DNA of 54,073 nt from a virus. Its lineage: Duplodnaviria; Caudoviricetes. The stretch is taken from positions 1 to 54,073 of the IMG/VR virus record IMGVR_UViG_3300036900_000217. One strand, written 5' to 3'. The notes under the pieces were generated by a model, which was not told the origin of the DNA, did not search any database, and worked only from the letters and a program-made list of their open reading frames with translations. Shown here in pieces: positions 8,900 to 18,460 of this stretch; position 1 is the first letter of the stretch, and each line of letters begins with the position of its first letter. Made by a program: the position numbers and the translations under genes.

Positions 8900-9360
8900 T
8901 GCGCGCCCCCAACCCCACGCCCGCCGAGCGCCGCTTCGCGTCGAGCTTCTTCGCCGACTCAAGCGCATGCGGCGTCCGTGCGATCAAGACCGCGATGCGT
9001 GCCGATGGCCGGATGGACTCGTGGATCTGGATCGCGGCGATCGACACGCAGACCATGCTCCGGCTCGGGATCCTGATCTCGGACCAGCTCGCGGGCGGCG
9101 TGACGGACGTCGTGCTCGACCTGGCCGATGTGGTCGTGGTCGAGAAGCACGGCCTCGGCGTCTTGGCGCGGATCAGCACGCAGCTCCGCGAGATCCGTCG
9201 CAACCGACGCGACCCGAGTTCGCACGGCACGCTGACGGTCGAGCGTGCGTCGGCGGACGTGGCGCAGCATCTCGAGCCGCTCGTCGCGTGCGGGCTCGTC
9301 ACGATTCGCGAACCGTCGTTCCCTGACGTTCCCCATTCACCCGAGGCGTTCAGCGCATGA
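8899..9360 (+). CDS. STAS-domain (anti-sigma-factor antagonist-like) protein
   Basis: AAID...VVLDLADVVVVEKHGLGVLARI...GTLTVERASADVAQHL matches the STAS pattern VVLDLxxVxFIDSSGLGVL...GxLxL. Confidence 0.65.
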   Translation: MRAPNPTPAERRFASSFFADSSACGVRAIKTAMRADGRMDSWIWIAAIDTQTMLRLGILISDQLAGGVTDVVLDLADVVVVEKHGLGVLARISTQLREIRRNRRDPSSHGTLTVERASADVAQHLEPLVACGLVTIREPSFPDVPHSPEAFSA

Positions 9361-9965
9361 GCCGCGCAGCGACGCAACCCGGCAGGGCCTCACTGATCGA
9401 GTGGCGCGAGGCGTCGCTTCCGCCCGACGTGAAGCAACTCGTCGCGGGCCGAACGCGGCTCTACGTCTCGACACGCACGCTGTGCAAGGTGCTGGTGAGC
9501 CACGAGCCGGCGACGGGCTGGCATCTCTCGATCTCGCATCCGTGGCGCGACCCGTCGTGGGATGAGATCAAATCGGCGCGGTACACGCTACTCGGCGACG
9601 AACTGCGGATGACGATGGACCTGCCGCCATCGAGCGAATTCGTCGACGTGCACGAGTACTGTTTCCACCTGTACGAATGCCGTTGCAAACACAAATCCCA
9701 ACACCTGAGGAATCGACCGATGATGCGAGCGAAGATGAGCGTGCGTGAAGTGACCAAGCCGTACGAGGGCGCTGAGCAATTGCACATGGCGCCGGTCGTG
9801 AGCGGCGAGACGTTCGGGCCGAACGGCGAGAGCGAGAACAACAGCTACTCGCGCTGGACGCCGAGCGGCAGCCTGTCGCTCGTGATCACCAACCCGAATC
9901 TCCACGGCAAGTTCACCGTTGGCGACGAGTATTACGTCGACTTCACGCCGGCGCCGAAAGCCTGA
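9357..9965 (+). CDS. Two-domain hypothetical protein with probable internal start at 9720
   Basis: N-domain HLSISHPWRDPSWDEIK...LPP..EFVDVHEYCFHL. C-domain MRAKM...ENNSYSRWTPSG...YYVDFTPA is preceded by its own GAGG RBS. Confidence 0.65.
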   Translation: MSRAATQPGRASLIEWREASLPPDVKQLVAGRTRLYVSTRTLCKVLVSHEPATGWHLSISHPWRDPSWDEIKSARYTLLGDELRMTMDLPPSSEFVDVHEYCFHLYECRCKHKSQHLRNRPMMRAKMSVREVTKPYEGAEQLHMAPVVSGETFGPNGESENNSYSRWTPSGSLSLVITNPNLHGKFTVGDEYYVDFTPAPKA

Positions 9966-10054
9966 GCCGTGACGCGACTCCTCGCCCGCTTCCGCGCCTT
10001 CGTGTGGCGCCTACGCATGCGGCGCATTGCTGGCCGCCGACTCCGGAGGATGTG

Positions 10055-10303
10055 ATGCCGAGCCAATCCACCGTGCTCGCGAAAGAGCGCATCGAGCGCC
10101 AGCGCGAAGCCGACGAACGTGCGCAGCGGGCCGACAACGCTCGTCGCGCGGCCCTCGAGAACCCCAAGCGCCAAGCGGCGATCACGCTCTACCAGCAGGA
10201 GCGCGAACGAGCCGAGCGCCAAGGGAAGCGCGTCTTGCGGTCGATCGACGACTACCGGCGCACCGTGCCGGCGTGGGTCATCGAGTACGGCGGTGCGCGA
10301 TGA
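10055..10303 (+). CDS. Small charged hypothetical protein
   Basis: GGAGGA RBS and ATGA overlap with the next gene. Confidence 0.6.
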   Translation: MPSQSTVLAKERIERQREADERAQRADNARRAALENPKRQAAITLYQQERERAERQGKRVLRSIDDYRRTVPAWVIEYGGAR

Positions 10304-10692
10304 AGCCGGTCACTCAGACGCACGTCGGCGTCGGGAACCCGCGCGCGAATTGTCTCATGGCCGCCATCGCGTCGATCGTCGAGTGCCCGATCGATTCGCT
10401 GCCCGACGTGTACGACCACGAGCAGCGTGGCCTCGATTGGTTCGGCGTTCTGCGCGACGCCTTGGCGCCGCACCGCCTCGTGCCGGTCATCTACGACCAG
10501 AACTCGAAGCTGTTTCCGCCAATCGCACCGAAGGGCTATCACGTGGCGTGCGGAACATCGCCGCGGCAAGACGAACAGCACGCCGTCGTCGCACTCGATG
10601 GCGAGATCGTGTTCGATCCGCATCCGTCGCGTGACGGTCTCCGCGGCGACGTGGCGTGGTGGATCCTCCTCATACCTGCGGCGGCCGCATGA
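10300..10692 (+). CDS. Papain-fold (C39-like) cysteine peptidase-like protein
   Basis: Q..NCLMAAIAS (Cys), HAVV (His) and FDP (Asp) occur in the order expected for a C39-like triad. Confidence 0.5.
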   Translation: MKPVTQTHVGVGNPRANCLMAAIASIVECPIDSLPDVYDHEQRGLDWFGVLRDALAPHRLVPVIYDQNSKLFPPIAPKGYHVACGTSPRQDEQHAVVALDGEIVFDPHPSRDGLRGDVAWWILLIPAAAA

Positions 10693-11129
10693 ACCAGCTC
10701 GGCTACGAGGCCACGGTGCGCGCCATGCGCGAGCGGCAGATCCCCGAGGAGAAGATCCAGAAGTTCGCCCGCGAGCAGTGGCCCGAGGTCGCCGCGGAGC
10801 AGGACGCTGCGGCCGTGAAGGTCGAGGCGCGTCGGGAGAAGGACGTCGAGCACGCGGGCGACAAGCTGATGCTCGCGCACGGATTCCGAGTGATCTCGTT
10901 CTCGCAGCCACGCGCGACGAAACAGACCGCCGGGATTAGCGATAGATTATACATCAACGCAAAACGCCGCCTAGCTGTATTCTGGGAAGCCAAGACATCC
11001 ACTGGCAAACAGTCGCCGCACCAGCGCGACTTTCAGGCGCTCGTCGAATCGGTCGACTGGACATACGTGGTCGGGACGGATGCGGTGCTCGGTGCCTACC
11101 TCAACGAGCAAGGAGTGTTGATCAAGTGA
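10689..11129 (+). CDS. VRR-NUC (PD-(D/E)xK) nuclease, likely junction resolvase
   Basis: GISDRL...FWEAKTSTGKQSPHQRDF motif. Confidence 0.8.
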   Translation: MNQLGYEATVRAMRERQIPEEKIQKFAREQWPEVAAEQDAAAVKVEARREKDVEHAGDKLMLAHGFRVISFSQPRATKQTAGISDRLYINAKRRLAVFWEAKTSTGKQSPHQRDFQALVESVDWTYVVGTDAVLGAYLNEQGVLIK

Positions 11130-11701
11130 CCGCGCGCTACTCCGACGACGAGATGCTGGCGGAATTGCGCCGCGTGGCCGCTGGCGAGCCTCTGAGCCGC
11201 CCGCTGTATACGGCTGCGCGACCAGCGATCAGCGCCCCCGCGATCACGGCGCGATTCGGTAGTTGGCTGGCTGCATTAGAAAAAGCGGGCGTTTCGTCGC
11301 CGTACGCCTATGGCGGGACGTGGGCGTCGTGTCCGATCTGCGGCGACCGCTTCAGGGTTCGCGGCGGCGTGAAGGCGGCGAAGACTTGCGGGAGGCGATC
11401 CTGTACGTCCGAACTAATGTCTCGCGAACACTCGCATGGCGACGCGGCCAGTCCACAAGCAGCGCGCGGCCGTGCGGGACGAGTCACGAAGGAGCGAGGT
11501 CGCTGCGAGCGGTGCGGACTCCCGCCTGGTCCACGCGCGCATGATCGTCACCACAGAGATCGCGACCCGTACAACAACGATCCGGCGAACATTGAGGTTC
11601 TCTGCCGAGATTGCCACGCCGCTGAGCATGACGCGGCCGGCGACGGCTGGTCAGCTAAGAAAAAGCGGGATGAGTCAGGTCGTTTTCTTCCCGTGCGATG
11701 A
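11126..11701 (+). CDS. HNH endonuclease with N-terminal homing-endonuclease-associated repeat
   Basis: YSDDEMLAEL...RFGSWLAALEKAG, then CERC...HHRDRDPYNNDPANIEVLCRDCHAAEH. Confidence 0.85.
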   Translation: MTARYSDDEMLAELRRVAAGEPLSRPLYTAARPAISAPAITARFGSWLAALEKAGVSSPYAYGGTWASCPICGDRFRVRGGVKAAKTCGRRSCTSELMSREHSHGDAASPQAARGRAGRVTKERGRCERCGLPPGPRAHDRHHRDRDPYNNDPANIEVLCRDCHAAEHDAAGDGWSAKKKRDESGRFLPVR

Positions 11702-11949
11702 ACGATCCCGTCTGCGACCGCTGCGGCCGGCTCTGGTCGCACCACGCGCCGCCGAAGATGACCTGCCCGTTCGTCTCGACCTTTCGCGCCGATCGGCCGG
11801 TCGAGCTGACCCACGAAGCCGTGACGATGGTCGAGTCCATTCGCACGCGCCTCGGGATCGGACTCGCCGTGGATTTCGACGCGTGGCTCACGCGCGCACT
11901 GGAGCGGCTGACGGAGATGGAGAACGACGGCGAGGAGTGGAAGCGATGA
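11698..11949 (+). CDS. Small hypothetical protein
   Basis: ATGA overlaps. CDRC..H motif. Confidence 0.55.
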   Translation: MNDPVCDRCGRLWSHHAPPKMTCPFVSTFRADRPVELTHEAVTMVESIRTRLGIGLAVDFDAWLTRALERLTEMENDGEEWKR

Positions 11950-12083
11950 CGAAACGCGAGCATCCGTGGCGCGGTCTGCACTGGCTCATGCTGTCCGCGT
12001 TTGCATCCGGCGTGGCCAAAGTCGCGATGGATGTCTGCTATTGGGCGTGGCAGCGAGAGCGCATATCACGGGGCGAACGATGA
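11946..12083 (+). CDS. Small membrane protein
   Basis: GAGGAG RBS and a hydrophobic segment. Confidence 0.45.
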   Translation: MTKREHPWRGLHWLMLSAFASGVAKVAMDVCYWAWQRERISRGER

Positions 12084-12092
12084 TTCCGAGAG

Positions 12093-12098
12093 TAGATT
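12093..12098 (+). promoter_or_regulatory. Putative -10 element for a leaderless terS transcript
   Basis: TAGATT lies 8 nt before ATG 12107 and there is no clear SD. Confidence 0.35.
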
Positions 12099-12106
12099 AG
12101 AGAATC

Positions 12107-12472
12107 ATGCCGAAACGCATCGACCTCTCTGACAAAGAGCTTCGACAGATCGAGCGTCTGGCGCGCTACCTCACGCAGGAGCAAATCGCCAGCGTGCTCG
12201 AGGTGCCGACGCGCACGTTGCAGCGGCGACTACAAGAGGACACGCGAGCAGTGGCGGCCTATAAAAGGGGCAAAAACGAGACGGTCGCCGCCGTCGCCCG
12301 TTCGCTCGTCTTCCAGGCACTCAGCGGCAACATCACGGCCGCGATCTTCTTCCTGAAATGCCAAGGCGGATGGCGCGAGACCGACCCGCGACAGATCCCG
12401 GTCGACGAGATTCCGAAGCTGACCGACCGCGAGATGGAGCGCGAGAAGCGCCGCATGGGCCTCGTGCGATGA
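12107..12472 (+). CDS. terS: Terminase small subunit
   Basis: N-terminal HTH (TQEQIASVLEVPTRTLQRR) and ALSGNITAAIFFLKCQGGWRE motif. Lies upstream of terL. Confidence 0.8.
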   Translation: MPKRIDLSDKELRQIERLARYLTQEQIASVLEVPTRTLQRRLQEDTRAVAAYKRGKNETVAAVARSLVFQALSGNITAAIFFLKCQGGWRETDPRQIPVDEIPKLTDREMEREKRRMGLVR

Positions 12473-12499
12473 GCGGCCAGTTATGAGGCGACATCTGGA

Positions 12500-13366
12500 A
12501 TGAGATCTCCATACCGTTCTGATCGGTCGCAGCCTATGATCGTTTGCCGGGAACCTGACTCGGCACGGAGGCGCATGCTCGAAATGTTCGCCGCGCTTCA
12601 GGCGAGCACTCCCGACGATGGCGCCCTGACCTGTGTCGACATGTCGAGTGTCGGCCAATGGCATGACGACGCGAACGGGCCGGAACTGGACGTTCTGCTG
12701 AAGGAAACGCCAGCCCGACCGCCGTTCAAGGTCTGCGTCGTCGGAATTGTGACAGATTGTACAAACGTGCCGCTTCCCGTCGCCGATCCGCGCCGCAGAC
12801 TCATAGTCGCTTTCGTAGAGCGCAAGTCGGAGGCTGAAGTCGTGATGTTCGAGCTTGGCGTGGATCTCATGCCTATAACCGTCGGCGGCCTCGGGCTTGA
12901 CGAGAGAGGTTGCGTGAATAAGAGGATCACTTTTTCCCGCGACTCGAACGATCTGCTTGGGCCGGATGGGTTTACTTCCGAGGTCATCGCTTGCGGTCTC
13001 GCGATGTTCCATGTCGGCAATATCGGGCTTCGAGAAGTCCAATTCCCACGCGCTATGCGTCGGCGTGCACAGAAAGACGGCCTGCGCGGGCCGACTGTCT
13101 ATCACACGCTTCGGCTTCGCCCATTCGGCAAGGATGATGAGCGCGAGCAGCGCTCGGCGATGCCGACCATGGAGCGTCCGCTTCACTTGGTGCGCGGGCA
13201 CTTCGCGCGGTACTCGGAAGACCGTCCTCTCTTCGGCCGCTATTCCGGAACTTTCTGGCGCGCCGAGCATGAGGCCGGAAATCCGTCCGTCGCAGTCGTC
13301 CGCAAAACCTACGCGTTCGACGTTCAAACAAGGGCCGATCATGCAGCGATCCCCGGGGCCTCATGA
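12500..13366 (+). CDS. Hypothetical protein inserted between terS and terL
   Basis: 288-aa ORF with C-terminal HLVRGHFARY...FWRAEHEAG motif. More A/T-ending codons than its neighbours. Confidence 0.7.
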   Translation: MRSPYRSDRSQPMIVCREPDSARRRMLEMFAALQASTPDDGALTCVDMSSVGQWHDDANGPELDVLLKETPARPPFKVCVVGIVTDCTNVPLPVADPRRRLIVAFVERKSEAEVVMFELGVDLMPITVGGLGLDERGCVNKRITFSRDSNDLLGPDGFTSEVIACGLAMFHVGNIGLREVQFPRAMRRRAQKDGLRGPTVYHTLRLRPFGKDDEREQRSAMPTMERPLHLVRGHFARYSEDRPLFGRYSGTFWRAEHEAGNPSVAVVRKTYAFDVQTRADHAAIPGAS

Positions 13367-14775
13367 GCGTTCTCGAATACAAGCGCGCCCTCGCGCTAGA
13401 GGACGAAACCCGACGTCGCCGCCGTGAGCGGGAGCGCGCCGCGGAACTGGAGCGCCTCGAGGCCGAGACGCGCGCCACGGTAGAGCGGAGTGCCGAGACG
13501 CCCGCGCTCGCGCGCCGCGTGCCGCCGTGGGCCGTCGACCTCCAGCAGCCAGCGCGCTACAAGGGCGCGTCAGGCGGAAGGGCTAGCGGTAAAAGCCATT
13601 TCTTCGCCGAGGAAGCCGTCGAGGCGATGGTGCTCAACCCCGCCCTGCGCTTCGTGTGCATCCGCGAGATCCAGCAGTCGCTCGAGTTCTCGGTCAAGTC
13701 GCTCGTCGAGGCGAAGATCCGCGCCTTCGGTGTCGGCCATCTCTTCGACATCCTCTCGACCAAGATCCGCCGCGCCGGCCACGACGGCATCATGATTTTC
13801 GAGGGCATGCAGGATCACACCGCGGAGTCGATCAAGTCGCTCGAGGGATTCGGCCGGGCGTGGGTCGAGGAGGCCCACACGATCAGCAAGAAGTCGTTCG
13901 ACCTCCTACTCCCGACGATCCGCGCGCCGCAGTCGGAGATCTGGTTTAGTTGGAACCCCGAACTCGCGACCGACCCCGTTGACGCGTTCTTTGCATCCAA
14001 GCCAGCGGGCGCCATTCACCGGCACGCCACGTACCGCGAGAATCCGTTCTGCCCCGACGTAATGCGCGCTGAGGCGGCGCGGCTCGAGGCGGCGGACCCC
14101 GACTCCGCGGCGCACATCTGGGACGGCGGCTATTTCCTCGGCGGCCAGGGTCGCGTCTACTCGTCGTTCGTGAACCGACTCGCGCCCGCCGGCAATCTCG
14201 ACGAGAAAGTGACGGACCACGGCGGCGACCTGTACGTCGGCCAGGACTTCAACGTCAACCCGATGGCGTCGGTGATCGCGGTGAAGGTCGTCGACGAATG
14301 CCACGTGATCGACGCGCTCGAGATCCCGACGTCGAACACCGAAGAGGTCGCGGCCGAGATCAAACGCCGATACCCGAATCGCCGCGTCATCTTCTGCCCC
14401 GACCCCGCAGGGAATCAGCGGCACACGAACGCGCCGGTCGGGCAGACGGACTTTACGATCCTCCAGCGCCATCGGTTCGAGGTGCGCGCGCCGAGCACGC
14501 ACCCGCCCGTCGTGGACCGGATCAACAACGCGCAGGCGATGTACTTCGACCCAAAGACGGGCCGCCGACGCGTGCGGATTCACCCGACCGCCGCCACGGC
14601 GCTCATCACGGGCCTCGCGAACCTGACGTACAAAGAGGGCACGAGCCTCCGCGATACGAAGCGCGGCGGCGGGGCGTATTTCCACATCTGCGACGCGATG
14701 GACTACTTGCTGTGGCAGGAATTCAACGTGCTCACCGAACCCGCCCGCTGGGGCACCACCACCTACCGGACGTGA
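13363..14775 (+). CDS. terL: Terminase large subunit (PBSX/SPP1-like)
   Basis: GGRASGKS Walker A, CIREIQ, IKSLEG, AWVEEA Walker B, SWNP, then nuclease GQDFN...HICDAMDY. Confidence 0.95.
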   Translation: MSVLEYKRALALEDETRRRRRERERAAELERLEAETRATVERSAETPALARRVPPWAVDLQQPARYKGASGGRASGKSHFFAEEAVEAMVLNPALRFVCIREIQQSLEFSVKSLVEAKIRAFGVGHLFDILSTKIRRAGHDGIMIFEGMQDHTAESIKSLEGFGRAWVEEAHTISKKSFDLLLPTIRAPQSEIWFSWNPELATDPVDAFFASKPAGAIHRHATYRENPFCPDVMRAEAARLEAADPDSAAHIWDGGYFLGGQGRVYSSFVNRLAPAGNLDEKVTDHGGDLYVGQDFNVNPMASVIAVKVVDECHVIDALEIPTSNTEEVAAEIKRRYPNRRVIFCPDPAGNQRHTNAPVGQTDFTILQRHRFEVRAPSTHPPVVDRINNAQAMYFDPKTGRRRVRIHPTAATALITGLANLTYKEGTSLRDTKRGGGAYFHICDAMDYLLWQEFNVLTEPARWGTTTYRT

Positions 14776-14779
14776 TGCG

Positions 14780-16330
14780 ATGACGACGCTCCTCGACGTG
14801 ATCGGCAGCAACATGAACGAGAACGGCACGGCGGATACGGCCGACTCCTCGGCCGCGCAGCTCGTCGAGTCGAGCGCCGGCGCAACGCCGGACCATCCGA
14901 GCCCGGCGTACCTCCGCATGAAGCCACGCTGGCTCCGCTGTCGCGCGCTGATGGGCGGCTCGGACGGGATTCGCGCGGGGGGCGAGTTATACAACCCGCG
15001 GTTCGATGGCGAGACCGACGACCAGCTCGCGGCGCGGATCTCCCTCTGCGCGCTGACCAACTTCTTCGCGCGCACCGTCAAGGCGTGCGTCGGGATGTTG
15101 CTGCAGAAGCGCCCAGAACTCGGCCAGGACATGCCGACCGACTTCGTCGACTTCTGGGAGAACGTGGACGGCAAGGGCACGCACGGTGCCGTCTTCACGA
15201 AGAAACTGGCGACCGACGCGATGGTCGACGGCCACGCGGGACTGCTGGTCGACTACCAGCGCGTGCCGAACGCCTCGAGCGTGGATGCCTCACAGGAGAA
15301 GGCGCTCGGCCTGCGCCCGTATTGGGTCAAGTTTCGCGCGCAAGACATTTTCCTGGAACTATTCGAGGCGATTAACGGCCAGCAAACGCTCGTCCTCCTC
15401 GTGCTGCGCGAGATCGTCGAGGAGTCGTACAATCGGTTCGGCATTCGCGCGCGCGCGCGGTATCGCGTGTACGAGCGCACGCAGGGCCGCGTCATGTGCG
15501 AATTGTGGACCTCTGCCCCTGGCGGCGGCACGCCGACGCAGACGCAGAAGCCGACTGCGATGCTGAACGTCACGGAGATCCCGTTCGAAAAGTGCGTCGC
15601 CGGCGATGAGTTGACGCTCGTCGAAACCCGGCCAGCGTTGCTGGACTTGGCGGACCTGAACATCGAGCACCACCAGATCAAGACGGACATTCGGAATCTC
15701 GAACGGTTGGCGATGGTGCCGACCGTCGTGCGGAAGGGCTACGTCGCGCCGGTCGACGACAACGGCGACCCCGATCCGGCGCCGGTACTCCTCGGCCCGC
15801 GGCAGGTCATCGACGTACCGATCGAGGGCGACGTGAAGTGGCTCACGCCCGACACGGCGGTGCTCGATCCAGCCATGAAGTCGCTCGAGGACGTCAAGCT
15901 CGACATGGGCACGTCCGGGCTGTCTTTCTTGGCTCCGGAACAGGCGCGGCCGAACGAAACGGCCGAGGCCAAGCGCATCGACGCCGCCGCGCAGAACGCG
16001 TCGCTCGCCACGTTCGCGTCGAACCTGCAGGACTGCCTTGAGGCGGCCGCCGGCCATACCGTCGCGTTCATGGGGCTACCCGACCTGGAGGAGGGATCGA
16101 TCACGGTCAACACCGACTTTGAGCGCGCCGTGATGAGCCCCGCGACGATCTCGGCGCTCGGCACGTTGGCGGCGAACGGGAAGTTGTCGATCGAGACGCT
16201 GCTCGCACTGCTCGAGCGCGGCCAGGTGCTGGACGACGGGTTCGATCGCGAGGCGGAGCTCGCGCGGATTCTGAAGGAGACCACACTACCACCCGCCGCA
16301 GCGACGACGGATACGGGGGCGGCGGCGTAG
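14780..16330 (+). CDS. Portal protein (DUF4055-like)
   Basis: 516 aa after terL. NVDGKG, GHAGLLVDY, RPYW, LLDLADLNIEHHQ and ETAEAKRID motifs. Confidence 0.9.
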   Translation: MTTLLDVIGSNMNENGTADTADSSAAQLVESSAGATPDHPSPAYLRMKPRWLRCRALMGGSDGIRAGGELYNPRFDGETDDQLAARISLCALTNFFARTVKACVGMLLQKRPELGQDMPTDFVDFWENVDGKGTHGAVFTKKLATDAMVDGHAGLLVDYQRVPNASSVDASQEKALGLRPYWVKFRAQDIFLELFEAINGQQTLVLLVLREIVEESYNRFGIRARARYRVYERTQGRVMCELWTSAPGGGTPTQTQKPTAMLNVTEIPFEKCVAGDELTLVETRPALLDLADLNIEHHQIKTDIRNLERLAMVPTVVRKGYVAPVDDNGDPDPAPVLLGPRQVIDVPIEGDVKWLTPDTAVLDPAMKSLEDVKLDMGTSGLSFLAPEQARPNETAEAKRIDAAAQNASLATFASNLQDCLEAAAGHTVAFMGLPDLEEGSITVNTDFERAVMSPATISALGTLAANGKLSIETLLALLERGQVLDDGFDREAELARILKETTLPPAAATTDTGAAA

Positions 16331-17389
16331 ATGGCGATCGACTTCGCCGGCGACGCGCGCGGCGTCCAGTTGCAACTCCTAATCGAGCGCGCCAAGTACG
16401 AACGCTGGCTCGCGTCCGAAGTGCGCGCGCTGATTGAGCGCGAATTCAGGAAGGTCGTCGACACGATCCTCTCGCCCTCGTTCCGGTCGCTCAGCCAGTT
16501 CGAGCAGGCGCGGAAGTTGGACCTGTTCCGCGATCTCGACCGACAGATGCGCTCGATGTACGGCGACGTCTCCAACATCGCAACGCGCGAGCTGGCGAAG
16601 TATTCCGACGCCGAGCAACTCATCGCCCGCGAGGAGGTGATGTCCGGCGTGCCCGACGCGCTCAGCGTCCGGTTCGGCGCGTTCCTGCCGAAGACGACCC
16701 TTCGCGCGATCGCCGAACTGCCGATCCAAGGTCTGACGCTCGGAGACTGGTTCACGGCGCAAGCCAACTCGATGTCGCTCAACGTGCGGCGGATCATCCA
16801 GAACGGCCTCGTCGAAGGCAAAGGGATGGCGGAGATCTCCCGCCGGATTGTCGCCGACACGCGAACGCTGGAGCCCGTGCTCTCGCGGCGCGCGGTCAAC
16901 GAGGCGCGGATCATCACGCGCACCGCGACGACCGCCGTCCACAACGCCGCGGCGTTCGAGAGCTATCAGTCGTTGCCGCCGGGCGTGAGCAACTCGTACC
17001 GCTACGTCGCCGTGCTCGACAACCGGACGTCGGAGATTTGCCGCGAGTTGGACGGGAACGTCTACCGCTACGACGACCCGAACCGCGTCCTGCCGCCGCA
17101 GCACCTGAACTGCCGCTCGACGACGCTGCCGATCCTCCGCGGCGGCGAGGCGACGGTGACAGAACAGCGCGATCAGCCGCTCACGCTCCGGTCGTACGCG
17201 AGTTGGCTCAACGGCCAGAGCAGGAGCGCGCAGGACGATCTCCTCGGCGTCCGCGCGTCCGCCGTGCGGAACGGATCGATGTCCCTCGCCGATGCGATCA
17301 GTTCGGATACGAGGACGCTCACGCTCGCGCAATTCGTCAAACGCGTCGGGCTCACGCCGGCGCGCGCCACCACTGGAATTAGCCTATGA
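16331..17389 (+). CDS. Head morphogenesis protein (SPP1 gp7/MuF-like)
   Basis: ITRTATTAVHN...AVLDNRTSEICRELDG...PPQHLNCRS motif. Confidence 0.9.
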   Translation: MAIDFAGDARGVQLQLLIERAKYERWLASEVRALIEREFRKVVDTILSPSFRSLSQFEQARKLDLFRDLDRQMRSMYGDVSNIATRELAKYSDAEQLIAREEVMSGVPDALSVRFGAFLPKTTLRAIAELPIQGLTLGDWFTAQANSMSLNVRRIIQNGLVEGKGMAEISRRIVADTRTLEPVLSRRAVNEARIITRTATTAVHNAAAFESYQSLPPGVSNSYRYVAVLDNRTSEICRELDGNVYRYDDPNRVLPPQHLNCRSTTLPILRGGEATVTEQRDQPLTLRSYASWLNGQSRSAQDDLLGVRASAVRNGSMSLADAISSDTRTLTLAQFVKRVGLTPARATTGISL

Positions 17390-17730
17390 ACGATCGGGAA
17401 ACCGTCTCCCCGGCGCTCCGCGCAGATGAGTGGCGCGAAATCGAACCCGATCTGCCTACGTTTGGCCCGGCGCATCGAGAGGCGATGCGCGCGCTCGCGA
17501 ATTCACTCCATGAGGCCAACGGCGGGCTGCTCGCCAAAATGATCGCGCTCGCCAACGCCGCCCTGCCGGTCGATGATCCGCGGAAGTTCACTCACGTTAC
17601 CGTGGACGTGCTTCGACAGATGCCGGCATTTCTCCGCGGCGCCGGAATGGGTGCGGACCCGGACGGCGCTGGCCGGTTCATCTCCAACCTCGCCGACGTG
17701 ATCGAGTCGTATCTCCCGCCCCGCCCGTAG
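17386..17730 (+). CDS. Hypothetical protein
   Basis: ATGA overlap. 114-aa ORF in the head operon. Confidence 0.6.
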   Translation: MNDRETVSPALRADEWREIEPDLPTFGPAHREAMRALANSLHEANGGLLAKMIALANAALPVDDPRKFTHVTVDVLRQMPAFLRGAGMGADPDGAGRFISNLADVIESYLPPRP

Positions 17731-17760
17731 TTCCCTTCCCTCACCACCAGGATGCCGCCG

Positions 17761-18438
17761 ATGCCGCTCAAATTCTTCGCCAAGAAAGAGGAAATCCCCG
17801 AGGCACAACGCGAGACCGCGATCGAACTGAAAGACGGCCGGTTCACCGTCGAAGAGCCGGTTGACACGACAACACTCGAATCGACGCTCGCGAAAGAGCG
17901 CGCCGACCGAAAAGAGGAGGAGAAGGCGCGCAAAGCCGCCGAGAAAGAGCGCGACGAGTTGAAGCGCACGCAGGCCGCGCGCGAGAAAGGGATCAGCGAC
18001 GAGGAGCTGCAGCGGATTCGCGACGACGAGGCGAAGGCGCGAAAGCCGATCGAGGACGAGCGCGACCGTCTGCGGAAGGAGAACGACCAACTCAAGCGCA
18101 CCGACAAGGTCCGGACGCTGGCGCTGGCGAAAGGCATCATGCCCGACCGGATCGAGGACGCCATGCTGCTGCTCGACACGCGCACGGAACTGACCGACGC
18201 TGGCGCGGTCGCGGTGAAGGACAAGGCCGGGAAGATCACCGCCGAGACGCTCGACGACTTCCTCGGCAAGACGTTCAAGGCCGAGAAGCCGTGGCTCTAC
18301 AAGGGATCTGGCGCGAGCGGGTCCGGCGCGACGGGTTCGACTGCGGAAGAGGAGGAAGAGGGCGAGATCGAACTCGTTCCGGCCGCCGCGAAGGCGACGG
18401 ACATCTCGCGGCGCGAGCGCATCGCGAGCAATTTCTGA
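17761..18438 (+). CDS. Capsid scaffolding protein
   Basis: Highly charged coiled coil ending PWLYKGSGASGSGA. Lies between MuF and the capsid genes. Alternative start at 17752. Confidence 0.8.
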   Translation: MPLKFFAKKEEIPEAQRETAIELKDGRFTVEEPVDTTTLESTLAKERADRKEEEKARKAAEKERDELKRTQAAREKGISDEELQRIRDDEAKARKPIEDERDRLRKENDQLKRTDKVRTLALAKGIMPDRIEDAMLLLDTRTELTDAGAVAVKDKAGKITAETLDDFLGKTFKAEKPWLYKGSGASGSGATGSTAEEEEEGEIELVPAAAKATDISRRERIASNF

Positions 18439-18460
18439 TGTGCGTTCGGTCGCTGTCATC

